64,000 nt of DNA from Occultella glacieicola (GCF_004353825.1 NZ_SMNA01000005.1:372001-436000); one strand, 5' to 3'; shown: positions 19,827 through 29,324, numbered from the stretch's first letter. Made by a program: numbers and translations. Notes: generated by a model from the sequence alone, not told the origin.

Positions 19827-20558
19827 CGCCGTCAGCGCCTCGACGGCGTGGGCGTACAGGGCGTCGGCCGGTTCGAAGCCGCCGTGGAAGTGGCCGCCGA
19901 TCTCGAGGGTGACGAGTCCGATCACTTGGGCCAGCGCCGTGACGCCCGCCGCCAGCCGGGCGGGCGGGACCCGCGGGCCGAGCAGCGATCCGGCGGCGCG
20001 GAGCTGGGCGTCCAGGCCCGGGTCGGTGACCTCGGCCGCCTCGAGCGGTCGGTCCTCAGCCGCCTCGAGCGGTCGGAAGAACGCGAGCATCACCCGCTCG
20101 GCCGGAACCGTCGTCTCCTGCGGCGCGCGGTAGCCCGGCACCGGGGTGCCGTAGATCAGGGAGAACCGGTGCGGCTGGACCAGGGCCCAGCTCCGCAGGG
20201 TGCTGGCGGCCGTGGCCCACCGCCGGGCGGGGTCCGCGGCCGCGGGACGGGCCCCGCCGCCCGCGGCCGGGGTGTCCGCGCGCACGCCGGCAGCACCGCC
20301 GGCACCGGCAGTGCGGTCTGCGGACTCGAGCGCGTGGGCGAGGTCGGCGTAGGCGTCGACGATCAGGGCGGTGAGCAGGTCGTCCCGGCTCGCGAAGTAG
20401 CGGTACAGCGCCGAGGACACCATGCCGAGCTCGCGGGAGATCGCCCGCAGCGACAGCTCCCCCGCGCCCGCGTCGCCGAGCTGGCGCAGGGCCTCGTTCT
20501 TGATCTGCTCGGTGAGCTCCGCGCGGGCGATGGCGCGGGCCGTACCTGGGGCCGCCAT
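19800..20558 (-). CDS. TetR/AcrR family regulator
   Basis: LSLRAISRELGMVSSALYRYF HTH; LIYGTPVPGY. Confidence 0.9.
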   Translation of the reverse strand: MAAPGTARAIARAELTEQIKNEALRQLGDAGAGELSLRAISRELGMVSSALYRYFASRDDLLTALIVDAYADLAHALESADRTAGAGGAAGVRADTPAAGGGARPAAADPARRWATAASTLRSWALVQPHRFSLIYGTPVPGYRAPQETTVPAERVMLAFFRPLEAAEDRPLEAAEVTDPGLDAQLRAAGSLLGPRVPPARLAAGVTALAQVIGLVTLEIGGHFHGGFEPADALYAHAVEALTASLGLTDRP

Positions 20559-20578
20559 GGCAGGAGTCTGCCACAAGC

Positions 20579-20685
20579 GAGATCGCTGCTCTGAATTGTG
20601 AGCACCGCTCTTGTCATCCGGTGGAGCAGCGGGCATGATGGCGACAACCGAGAGCATCGCTCTCGTCCTGACGAGCGGAGCTCTC
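20579..20685. promoter_or_regulatory. Four GAGC-N3-GCTC palindromes (putative TetR operators)
   Basis: Sites at 20579, 20598, 20650 (GAGAGCATCGCTCTC) and 20671 in the divergent intergenic region. Confidence 0.6.
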
Positions 20686-20686
20686 C

Positions 20687-21412
20687 ATGACCACCTCGCA
20701 CACGGAGCCCACCGCGGCGGCGACGCCGATCACCGAGGCGACCACCGCCGTCGGACCCGTGGATCCGGTCGGCGGCCCGAGCCGCACGCCGATGTCCGCC
20801 CGGGCCGCCCTGGCCGCGGCCGGCGTGCTCTTCGCGGCCTACCCGGCCCTGCGCCCGTGGACCGATGAGACGACCCTGGCCGGCGCGGCCGCGTTCGCCT
20901 CTCCGGCATGGGTGGCCGCCCACACGATGGGCATGTTCGCCTTCATGCTGCTCACGGTCGCGCTGGCGCTCAGGTCGGTCGCGGTCGGCACGGGCTGGGC
21001 GAACGCCGTCGTAGCCGCCGTCGGCACGGCACTGATCCTGCCGTACTACGGCGCCGAGACGTTCGGCCTCCCGGTCATCGGCGCCCGCGCACTGGCCGAC
21101 GGCGACGCCAGCCTTCTCGAACTGGCCGGCGCCTTCCGCTACGCACCCGTCCCGATGGTCCTCTTCGGGCTCGGGCTGCTCGCCCTTGCGGCGGCCGGCG
21201 TCCTGCTCGTCCGCGAGGGGTGGCGGTCCCGGGGCCTCGCCCGTGTGAGCGAACTCCTCACCGGACTGATGCTGGCCCTGTACCTGGCGCAGTACTTCGG
21301 TACGCCGGCGATGCGGATCGGGCATGGCGTCCTGCTCGCACTGGGGTGCCTCCTGATGGCCGCCGCGTGGGGCGGGCGCCGTGGTGAGTCACGCGACTCA
21401 CCACCGTGCTAG
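20687..21412 (+). CDS. Hypothetical multi-pass membrane protein
   Basis: About 6 hydrophobic segments; divergent from the TetR gene. Confidence 0.7.
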   Translation: MTTSHTEPTAAATPITEATTAVGPVDPVGGPSRTPMSARAALAAAGVLFAAYPALRPWTDETTLAGAAAFASPAWVAAHTMGMFAFMLLTVALALRSVAVGTGWANAVVAAVGTALILPYYGAETFGLPVIGARALADGDASLLELAGAFRYAPVPMVLFGLGLLALAAAGVLLVREGWRSRGLARVSELLTGLMLALYLAQYFGTPAMRIGHGVLLALGCLLMAAAWGGRRGESRDSPPC

Positions 21413-21421
21413 GTTGGGCAG

Positions 21422-22045
21422 ATGCCACGCGAACTCTCGGCGTACCACCGGCAGGTCGCCGCAGCCAACCGCGAGGCCATCCTGGCCGCGGCCACCGATC
21501 TGTTCCTGGAACGCGGTTACGACCGGACCTCGCTGGCCCGGGTAGCCGAGCGCGCCGGGGTGTCCAAGGCGACCCTGTTCAAGCAGTTCCCGACGAAGGC
21601 GGAGCTGTTCGAGGCGACGGTGCTCGCGGCCGGTGCCGGTCCCGACGAGGTGCTCGCGGACCCGCCGGTGGGCGACTTCCGCGCCGGTCTGGTCGTCCTG
21701 GGCCTCGCCTATGTGGAGTTGCTGTCCCGCCCGCGGGTCGCGGACCTGATCCGGACCCTGATCGCGGAGTCCCCGCGGTTCCCGGAACTGCGGGAGCGGA
21801 CCTTCGACTTCGGCGCGCTGCCCGTGCTCGCGGCGCTGAAGCGCTACTTCCGAGCGGCCAACGATGCGGCAACCGCCGACGTCGACGATCCGGAGGTGGC
21901 GGCACCGCAGTTCCTCGGCATGATCGCCACGGTCGTCTTCTGGCCCCGCCTGGTCCACGGCGGCTGGTCGCTCAACGAGCAGGAGACCCGCGAGGTGGTC
22001 GACCAGGCCGCGCGGACGATCCTGGCGCGCTACGGCCGCCGCTGA
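21422..22045 (+). CDS. TetR/AcrR family regulator
   Basis: AILAAATDLFLERGYDRTSLARVAERAGVSKATLFKQF. Confidence 0.9.
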   Translation: MPRELSAYHRQVAAANREAILAAATDLFLERGYDRTSLARVAERAGVSKATLFKQFPTKAELFEATVLAAGAGPDEVLADPPVGDFRAGLVVLGLAYVELLSRPRVADLIRTLIAESPRFPELRERTFDFGALPVLAALKRYFRAANDAATADVDDPEVAAPQFLGMIATVVFWPRLVHGGWSLNEQETREVVDQAARTILARYGRR

Positions 22046-22069
22046 CCACCGCCGGCCAGCGAACGGACC

Positions 22070-22852
22070 CTAGCCGACCAGGGACGCGATCGGTCCCCGC
22101 ACCGCCTCGAGCACCTCCGACGAGGCCGCGCCGATCAGCCACGGCGTGAGCGGTCCGCATGGGGCGTAGGCGGAGCCGTCGAGCCGGCCGGTGAAGCCGC
22201 CGGCCTCGGCCAGGAGCAGCGCGCCCGGTACGTGGTCCCAGGGCCAGTCGTTGCGGAAGGCGACGTACTCCACCTCACCGAGGGCCACCTTGGCGTAGTC
22301 CACCCCGGCGCACATCCAGGAGTCGGAGATCTGCAGCGGCGCCGGGGCGTTGCTGCGCAGGGGCTGGCTGGAGGTCGCGCCGCGCAGGGGCAGGCCCGCC
22401 ACGACGGCGGGCCGCTCGATCCGGACCCCGTTGCGGTACGCCCCGGCCCCGGCCTCGGCGACGAACGCCTCCGCCCGCTCGGGCACCCAGATCCAGGAGC
22501 GGACCGCCGCACCGCCGCGCACCTCGGCCACCATGACCGCATGGTCCGGGGACCCGTTCACGAAGTTCTTGGTGCCGTCGATCGGGTCGATCGTGAAGGA
22601 GTGCTCCGCCGCGGCGAACGCCTCGAGCAGGCTCGCATCCGCGGAGGCGGCCTCCTCGCCGAGCACGAGCGCGTCCGGGTAGGCGGCCTGCAGCACCGCG
22701 GCGATGGCGATCTCGCTCTCCCGGTCCGCCACGGTCACCAGGTCACCCGGGGCCTTCTCGAACACCTGCCCGCCGGAGAGGGCACGGAACCGTGGCGTGA
22801 TGACGGTGGCGGCCGTCTCCTTCAGCAGGTCGAGGACGGCGTCGGTATCCAT
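22070..22852 (-). CDS. Inositol monophosphatase family protein
   Basis: DLVTVAD, LGEE, IDPIDGTKNF, WDH. Confidence 0.9.
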   Translation of the reverse strand: MDTDAVLDLLKETAATVITPRFRALSGGQVFEKAPGDLVTVADRESEIAIAAVLQAAYPDALVLGEEAASADASLLEAFAAAEHSFTIDPIDGTKNFVNGSPDHAVMVAEVRGGAAVRSWIWVPERAEAFVAEAGAGAYRNGVRIERPAVVAGLPLRGATSSQPLRSNAPAPLQISDSWMCAGVDYAKVALGEVEYVAFRNDWPWDHVPGALLLAEAGGFTGRLDGSAYAPCGPLTPWLIGAASSEVLEAVRGPIASLVG

Positions 22853-22960
22853 GCCGTCCAACCTGCCAGAGACGGACGACCGGGCGCGACCGCGTCTCAC
22901 GGCCGGTGCCGCGCCGTCACCGGCCGTTCACCGGCATGAGCCGCTCACCGGCAGCGGCCG

Positions 22961-23977
22961 TCAGCCGCCGATGGCACTCATCGGGCGGTCCGGCTGCAGG
23001 AAGCCGGGGTCGTCGATGCCGTGCCCGGGCAGCTTGCCCGCGATGCAGGTGTGCATCAGGGTCGCGATGTCGTCGTCGGTGCCGCCGCCGCGCAGCACCC
23101 CGAGCAGGTCGGACTCCTCGCGCGCGAACAGGCAGTTGCGCAGCTGCCCGTCGGCGGTCAGCCGGACCCGGTCGCACGCTCCGCAGAATGGCAGCGTCAC
23201 GGAACGGATCACGCCCACGGTGGTCGGTCCGCCGTCGATCAGGAACCGCTCCGCGGGCGAGGTGCCCCGGTCCCCGAACTCGGTGAGCTCGAACTCCTGC
23301 TCGAGAACGGCGAGGATCTCCTCGCCGGTGACCATCGCCGCCCGGGTCCAGGTGTGCCCGGCATCCAGCGGCATCTGCTCGATGAACCGCATCTCGGCGC
23401 CTTTGTCGCGGGCGAAGGCGACCAGGTCCACGAGCTCGTCGTCATTCACCCCGCGCATGGCGACGGCGTTGATCTTCACGGGCGCCAGGCCGGCGGCGAA
23501 CGCGGCGTCGATGCCGTCCAGGACCTCGGGCAGCTTGTCCCGCCGGGTCAGGGCGTGGAAGCGGTCGCGGCGCAGCGTGTCCAGGCTGATGTTCACCCGG
23601 GTCAGGCCGGCCTCGACCAGCGGCCCGGCGAGCGTCGGCAGCCGGATCCCGTTCGTGGTCATCGACAGCTCCAGCTGCCCGTCGTCACCGATGATCGCGG
23701 ACATCCGGGCCACCACGTCCACGGCGTCCGGGCGCAGCAGCGGCTCGCCGCCGGTGAGCCGGACCTCCACGATGCCGAGCGCGGCCGCGACCTCGGTCAC
23801 CCGGACCAGCTCGTCGGTGGTGAGGATGTTGTCCTTGTGCAGCCACGGCACGCCCTCGGCCGGCATGCAGTAGGTGCACCGCAGGTTGCACTTGTCCGTC
23901 AGGGAGATCCGCAGGTCGCGGTGCACCCGCCCGTATCGGTCGATGATCGGGCGGGCCAGCTCCGGGGAGACGCTCAT
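22961..23977 (-). CDS. moaA: GTP 3',8-cyclase (radical SAM)
   Basis: CNLRCTYC; FCGACDRVR...C; ends MSAIGG. Confidence 0.95.
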   Translation of the reverse strand: MSVSPELARPIIDRYGRVHRDLRISLTDKCNLRCTYCMPAEGVPWLHKDNILTTDELVRVTEVAAALGIVEVRLTGGEPLLRPDAVDVVARMSAIIGDDGQLELSMTTNGIRLPTLAGPLVEAGLTRVNISLDTLRRDRFHALTRRDKLPEVLDGIDAAFAAGLAPVKINAVAMRGVNDDELVDLVAFARDKGAEMRFIEQMPLDAGHTWTRAAMVTGEEILAVLEQEFELTEFGDRGTSPAERFLIDGGPTTVGVIRSVTLPFCGACDRVRLTADGQLRNCLFAREESDLLGVLRGGGTDDDIATLMHTCIAGKLPGHGIDDPGFLQPDRPMSAIGG

Positions 23978-24399
23978 GCCGACCCCACCCAGGTGTGGCT
24001 GCCGTCGGCCAGGAACTGCTTCTTCCACATCGGCAGTTCGGCCTTGACCACCTCGACGAGGTCGCGGCAGGCATCGAACGCCGCCGCCCGGTGCGCACTG
24101 CCGGCGCACGCGACGATGGCGAGGTCCCCGACGGCGAGGTCGCCGGTGCGGTGGCTCACCGCGAGGGCCACGTCCGGGTGCCGGCCGGCGACCCGGTCGG
24201 CGAGTTCGGCGAGCACCCGCGGGGCGTCGGGGTGGGCGCTGTACTCGAGCCGGGTCACCGTACCGTTCGCGTCCGGGCTGTGGTCGCGGACGGTCCCGAT
24301 GAAACTGGCGACGGCGCCGGTGCCGGAGTCGGAGACGGCCCCCATGTGGGTCGCGACGTCGAGTGGCTCGGGGGAGATCGCGGTCAGGCGCACGCTCAT
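23974..24399 (-). CDS. moaE: Molybdopterin synthase large subunit
   Basis: GAVASFIGTVRDH, HRTG, SAHR, PMWKKQ. Confidence 0.9.
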   Translation of the reverse strand: MSVRLTAISPEPLDVATHMGAVSDSGTGAVASFIGTVRDHSPDANGTVTRLEYSAHPDAPRVLAELADRVAGRHPDVALAVSHRTGDLAVGDLAIVACAGSAHRAAAFDACRDLVEVVKAELPMWKKQFLADGSHTWVGSA

Positions 24400-24881
24400 C
24401 CGTGGTCACCGCCGTCCAGCTGGTCCAGGATGTGCGGGACGAGCGGCAGCAGCACGGCCACCGCGGACGCGGCCCCGCCCGGGCTCCCGGGCGCGTTCAC
24501 CACGAACGCCCCACCCAGGGTGCCGGCCACACCCCGACTCAGGATCGCCGTCGGCACGACGGCCGCGTCGCGGCGGCGCAGTTCCTCGGCGATCCCGGGA
24601 AGTTCCACCTCGAGCACCCGAACGGTCCCCTCCGGGGTGCGGTCCCGTGGCGAGATGCCGGTACCGCCGCTGGTCAGGACGAGCCGGGCACCGCCGTCGA
24701 CGGCGTCCCGCAGCGCGGTCTCGACGGCGTCGGCGCCGTCGGGGACCACCCGGACCGGTTCGACGTCGTATCCCGCCTCGGCGAGCAGGGCGGCGGCACG
24801 GGCGCCGGAGACGTCCTCGCGCTCCCCGGCCGCGCACCGGTCCGAGACCGTGATCACGACCGCCCGAATACCGTTACCCAT
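24396..24881 (-). CDS. MogA/MoaB molybdopterin adenylyltransferase
   Basis: VITVSDR, SGGTG...DRTPE, SRGVAG, NAPGSPGG. Confidence 0.9.
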   Translation of the reverse strand: MGNGIRAVVITVSDRCAAGEREDVSGARAAALLAEAGYDVEPVRVVPDGADAVETALRDAVDGGARLVLTSGGTGISPRDRTPEGTVRVLEVELPGIAEELRRRDAAVVPTAILSRGVAGTLGGAFVVNAPGSPGGAASAVAVLLPLVPHILDQLDGGDHG

Positions 24882-24996
24882 CCGGCCAGCCTACGTCCTA
24901 TCGGCCGGTGACCTGCCCGTGTCGCTCGCGCAGCCGGGCCACCGCAGCCGGGCTACGATCGCTTCGTCAGTCCAGTCGTCGAGGGAACGTGAATAG

Positions 24997-26019
24997 ATGG
25001 GCGTCATCGACGCACCACAGTGGGTCCTGTCCGCATGGCGCAGGAGTCTGGAGGCGGTGGGTGCCACCGCCGACCGCGAGGCCATCGAGGCCCGCGGTGA
25101 GGCCTTGATCGAGCGGTGGTCCCGGCCGGACCGGATCCACCACAACGTCAAGCGGCTGATCGGCGTACTCGCCCGGGTCGACGAGCTCGCGCCGGAGACC
25201 CACCATCCGGACATCGTCCGGATCGCCGCCTGGTACCACGGCGCCGTGTTCAACGCGGCCGCCCGCCAGGCGTATGCGCACAAGGGTGGCGTGGACGAGG
25301 CGGCCTCCGCCGCGCTCGCGCGCACCGAGCTGGCCGACCTCGGGGTCCCGGAGAAGGTGGTCAACCGGATCGCCGAGCTGATCTCGGTGCTGGCGCGCCA
25401 CGACGCCCCGGCCACGGACATCGACGCTCAGGCGCTGTGTGACGCCGACCTCGGCGGGCTCGCCTCCGAACCGCAGAAGTACGAGGCGTACCGACGCGAG
25501 GTGCGCCAGGAGTACCAGCACATCCCGCAACGGGACTACGTGGAGGCCCGTCTCGCGATCGTGACGAAGCTCCTGGGCCGCACCCACCTGTTCCGGTCGC
25601 CGCTCGGACGGGACTGGGAGGACGCCGCCCGGGAGAACCTGAACGCCGAACTCGCCCGGCTGACCAACGAGCTCACCGGCCTGCCACCGCGCGACCCGGA
25701 CGAGCCCGACCCGAGCCGGGTCGACGTGGCGCAGGCCGAGGCCGATCCGGACGCCGACGACTCCGGTTTCGGCCTGGCCGACGAGGCGGAGGAACCGCGC
25801 CGGCCGGCCGAGCCCGGCCGGCCGACCCGCACCGCGGTGCCGGACCTGGCCGTGGACCGGGACCGGCCCGTCGAGCCGCCGGGTACGGATGGCGCCTGGC
25901 CGAGCCTGCCGACGATGCGCTCCGCCGACGTCGCTGACGACGAGGACGAGACGCAGCACGAGACGTCGCTGAGCCGGCCGCCGCGGATGCCGGCCCGCCA
26001 GCGCCCGCCCTCGGAGTGA
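24997..26019 (+). CDS. HD-superfamily-like protein with degenerate motif and acidic/Pro-rich tail
   Basis: AAWYHGAVF, LCDADL, EVRQEY, ARENL; similar to the HD domain at 28203-29081. Confidence 0.75.
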   Translation: MGVIDAPQWVLSAWRRSLEAVGATADREAIEARGEALIERWSRPDRIHHNVKRLIGVLARVDELAPETHHPDIVRIAAWYHGAVFNAAARQAYAHKGGVDEAASAALARTELADLGVPEKVVNRIAELISVLARHDAPATDIDAQALCDADLGGLASEPQKYEAYRREVRQEYQHIPQRDYVEARLAIVTKLLGRTHLFRSPLGRDWEDAARENLNAELARLTNELTGLPPRDPDEPDPSRVDVAQAEADPDADDSGFGLADEAEEPRRPAEPGRPTRTAVPDLAVDRDRPVEPPGTDGAWPSLPTMRSADVADDEDETQHETSLSRPPRMPARQRPPSE

Positions 26020-26153
26020 GTCGGCGTCCACACCCGGAGGCCCCTGCCGCTGCGCGCACAGGTCCGCCACGCGACCGACGGGCGATGGCCGCCGGCTCCT
26101 ACGGTCGATCCAGGGCCGCACACCGCGTGCGGTCGTCAGATCGAGGAGACACC

Positions 26154-26444
26154 ATGACCCGATTCGAGGTCGACGCCGCCGAGGTGGCCAGGGCCGGTGC
26201 GGCCGCGCGCAACTCGGCGACCATCATCAATACCGAGGTGACGAACATGATGCGCCACCTCACCGCGCTGCAGTCGTCCTGGCGCGGTGGGGCGTCGTCG
26301 GCGTTCGGCGCGCTCATCGTCCAGTGGCGGGCCACCCAGCAGCAGGTCGAGGCGAACTTGGAGCAGATCTCGTTCGCGTTGGACGCGAGTGCGCGCCAGT
26401 ACGAGGACACCGAGTTCAACGCGACGCGGATGTTCGCCCGGTAG
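26154..26444 (+). CDS. WXG100 family (ESAT-6-like) protein
   Basis: 96 aa; central W-R-G; C-terminal YEDTE (YxxxE); RBS GAGGAG. Confidence 0.9.
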   Translation: MTRFEVDAAEVARAGAAARNSATIINTEVTNMMRHLTALQSSWRGGASSAFGALIVQWRATQQQVEANLEQISFALDASARQYEDTEFNATRMFAR

Positions 26445-26497
26445 GTGAGCCCGACCCGTCCTCCGCTGCGGGCTGAGCTCCGCCGACCGAGCGTGCG

Positions 26498-26553
26498 CGC
26501 ACGTCACGAGGACGGCCGTCCCTGCCGGGGGTGTGCCGCCCTCGTGACGTGCG
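26498..26553. terminator. Stem-loop between the convergent WXG100 and VOC genes
   Basis: CGCACGTCACGAGG...CCTCGTGACGTGCG inverted repeat. Confidence 0.6.
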
Positions 26554-26559
26554 GGCCGT

Positions 26560-26955
26560 TCAGTCGTGCTGCGCGGCCCAGTGCGGGCTCTGGATGAGTC
26601 CGACGAGGTTGCCGAACGGGTCGCTGACGGCGGCCGACCACCAGCCCTCGCCGCGTCGGGTCACCGGCTCGAACGACGCTGCGCCGAGGGTGATCAGGCG
26701 GTCGAAGGAGGCCTGGATGTCGTCGACGTGCATGCTCACCACCGCGCCGCCGGGAGCGGGGAGCACCGGGCGGAAGCGGGCGTCCATCAGCGCGAACTCG
26801 TCGTCGTCGTCGCCGAACCGCCATTCGGCGTACTGGGCGGGGCCCTGCTCGGGGCGGACGAAGTACGGGGGCGCGTCGAACACGGTGGTGTACCAGTCGA
26901 CGGCTGCCGCCATGTCGTCGGCGACGAGGTTGACGTTCGCGAGTCCACGGAACAT
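26560..26955 (-). CDS. VOC/glyoxalase family protein
   Basis: AAVDWY, HVDDI, DPFGNLVGL; RBS AAGGAG. Confidence 0.85.
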   Translation of the reverse strand: MFRGLANVNLVADDMAAAVDWYTTVFDAPPYFVRPEQGPAQYAEWRFGDDDDEFALMDARFRPVLPAPGGAVVSMHVDDIQASFDRLITLGAASFEPVTRRGEGWWSAAVSDPFGNLVGLIQSPHWAAQHD

Positions 26956-27000
26956 GGGATTCTCCTTCGGTTCGGATCGTGATGGTTCTATCCTGGATCA

Positions 27001-27027
27001 TGAAGTGATCACCCTCTGATCACTTCA
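27001..27027. promoter_or_regulatory. Perfect 11-5-11 inverted repeat (putative operator of the WYL regulator)
   Basis: TGAAGTGATCA-CCCTC-TGATCACTTCA between divergent genes. Confidence 0.7.
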
Positions 27028-27041
27028 GATGGGAGTCTGAG

Positions 27042-28058
27042 ATCCGCGCCGATCGCCTGATCCAGGCACTCCTGCTGCTGCAGGGGCGCCCACAGATCAC
27101 CGCCGCCCAGCTCGCCGAGGAACTCGAGGTGTCGGTGCCGACCGCGCGCCGCGACCTCGAGGCACTGGCGATGGCCGGCGTGCCCATCTACCCCACCCGT
27201 GGCCGGGGCGGCGGCTGGCGCTTGATCGGCGGCGCTCGCACCGACCTGACCGGGCTCACCGAGGGCGAGGTGATCTCGCTACTGGTCGGCATCACGCAGA
27301 GTGCGGGCGCGAGCCAGGAGCGCATCGCCGCGGTGCGCAAGCTCGTCAGGGCGATGCCCGAGCCGTTCCGGGAGGGGGCGCAGCGCGTCGCGGCAGCCAC
27401 GGTCCGCGACGCGCCATGGGGTGTCGTCGACGACGATGCCGCACCCGCCGCGGTCGCGGCTCTGCAGCGCGCGATCGCCGGCCGACGCCAGGTCCGGTTC
27501 CACTACGACGGCTCGCGCGGGCACGTCGAGGTCGAGACCGTGCCGCTCATCGTCGGCAGCCGCGGCGCGCGGTGGTACCTGCTCGCTGCGCCCGCGCTCG
27601 CCGGCGTCGAGCATGCGGATGACAGCCGTTTGCGGACGTATCGCGCCGACCGGATCGGCGATCTGCAGGTGCTGGCGCTGCACGGGCAGGCGCCCGAGGG
27701 TTTCGACGCCCCGGACGCCTGGGCGCGAATGGTCGAGCGCGTCGAGGGGATGCGCGGGTCGGTCCGCGCCGTGGTGCGCGTCGAGCCCTGGGCTCTGAAG
27801 GCGCTCACCGGCCGCTTCGGCGCACAGGCGCGCCAACTCGACGATGCGCCGGATGCCGGGGGCGATCTCCGTCCGCTCGTGGAGGTGCGGGCCCACCGGG
27901 TGGACGCCCTGGCAGAACAACTCGCGGGCTGGACCGGAGCCGCCGAGGTCACCGGACCACCGGAGGTGCGGGCGGCGCTGAGGGAACTGGGAGAGCGGAT
28001 CGCCCGGCAGTACCGGGCCGATTCCCCCGGAGTCGCGGCATCCGTCCTGATCCGATGA
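27042..28058 (+). CDS. HTH-WYL (YafY-like) transcriptional regulator; apparent ATC start
   Basis: (I)RADRLIQALLLLQ...TAAQLAEELEVSVPTARRDLEAL HTH; RWYLL; RTYRADRI. Confidence 0.8.
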   Translation: MRADRLIQALLLLQGRPQITAAQLAEELEVSVPTARRDLEALAMAGVPIYPTRGRGGGWRLIGGARTDLTGLTEGEVISLLVGITQSAGASQERIAAVRKLVRAMPEPFREGAQRVAAATVRDAPWGVVDDDAAPAAVAALQRAIAGRRQVRFHYDGSRGHVEVETVPLIVGSRGARWYLLAAPALAGVEHADDSRLRTYRADRIGDLQVLALHGQAPEGFDAPDAWARMVERVEGMRGSVRAVVRVEPWALKALTGRFGAQARQLDDAPDAGGDLRPLVEVRAHRVDALAEQLAGWTGAAEVTGPPEVRAALRELGERIARQYRADSPGVAASVLIR

Positions 28059-28202
28059 ACCCTCCGGGCCCGTGCGCGCGATGCGGTCCGCGCGCGGCGT
28101 CGGGAGGACACCGTCCGACGGCGGTGCTCCGGTCGGGCGTGTCGCTCGCCGACCGTCGGCGGTGCGCACCCCTCGATCGTGATGGCCACCTACGCTGGGG
28201 CG

Positions 28203-29081
28203 GTGGCCCTCCTGATCGATCCGCCGATGTGGCCGGCACACGGCACGCTGTTCTCGCACCTGGTCTCGGACGCCTCCCTCGCGGAACTGCATGAGTTCGC
28301 CGGCCGGGCCGGGCTGCCCGGCCGAGCCTTCGATCGCGACCACTACGACGTGCCCGCCCGGCGGCACGCGGACCTGGTGACGCTCGGCGCGCGGCCGGTC
28401 TCGGGTGGCGAACTCATCCGGGCCCTGCGCGGGAGCGGGCTGCGGGTGCCGGCCCGGGACCGGCGCGAGCACCTCGAGGTCGCCCTGACCCAGCGGTGGC
28501 AGCGGCTGCTGCCAGGCGCGGAGTCCCTGTGCGTGGAACTCCTCGAACGGTGGGGCGAGCCGCACCGGCACTACCACGACGGCACACATCTGCTGGCGGT
28601 GCTGGAGGCGGTCGAGACGCTGAGCGAGCCGGACCCGGCGCCGAGCACGGTGCTGCTCGCGGCCTGGTTCCACGACGCCGTCTACGCCGGAGTCGCGGGG
28701 CGCGATGAGCGGGATTCCGCGGATCTGGCCCGGGGGCGGCTCACCGGGGCCGGGGTGGACCCGGACGTCGTCACCGAGGTCGTGCGGCTGGTCCTGCTCA
28801 CCGCGTCCCACTCGCCCGCGGCCGGAGACCGATCCGGCGAACTGCTCTGCGACGCGGACCTGGCCGTGCTCGGCCGGGAGCCGGCCGGCTATGCCCGCTA
28901 CCTCGCCGCGGTCAGGGCCGACTACGCCCACGTCGGCGATGCCGACTTCGCCCGGGGCCGGGCCGCCGTCGTCCGGGGCCTGCTCTCGCTCGACCCGCTG
29001 TTCCGCACCGAGCGCGGTCGGGCTCGGTGGGCCGAGCGCGCCCGGGCGAACCTGCTCGGGGAACTTCGGGCCCCCTCCTGA
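28203..29081 (+). CDS. DUF4031 plus HD-like domain protein
   Basis: IDPPMWPAHG...SHLVSD...FDRDHYDV; HRHYH, AAWFHDAVY, LCDADL. Confidence 0.85.
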   Translation: MALLIDPPMWPAHGTLFSHLVSDASLAELHEFAGRAGLPGRAFDRDHYDVPARRHADLVTLGARPVSGGELIRALRGSGLRVPARDRREHLEVALTQRWQRLLPGAESLCVELLERWGEPHRHYHDGTHLLAVLEAVETLSEPDPAPSTVLLAAWFHDAVYAGVAGRDERDSADLARGRLTGAGVDPDVVTEVVRLVLLTASHSPAAGDRSGELLCDADLAVLGREPAGYARYLAAVRADYAHVGDADFARGRAAVVRGLLSLDPLFRTERGRARWAERARANLLGELRAPS

Positions 29082-29106
29082 GGTCGAGCCACCCACCTCT
29101 TCGCGC

Positions 29107-29141
29107 GACAGTGCTGAATTGGCTGCCACCACAGCACTCCC
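29107..29141. repeat. Dispersed REP-like element, copy 1
   Basis: GACAGTGCTGAATTGGCTGCCACCACAGCACTCCC, similar to copies at 39047, 47607 and 47708. Confidence 0.6.
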
Positions 29142-29324
29142 ACCATCCGCGCCGAGCCCGCGGACCGGAGAGTGCCCCCTGCGCACTCTGCGGTCCCTAC
29201 GCGCACCGTCGTGACCCGGCCAGTGCGGGCGGCCGGACGAGAACGTCCCTGACCTGCACTCACTGCGACCAGAACCTAGTGCGACCGGTGACCGACGGCG
29301 ATGGGCACAACTTCCCCGGGCATG

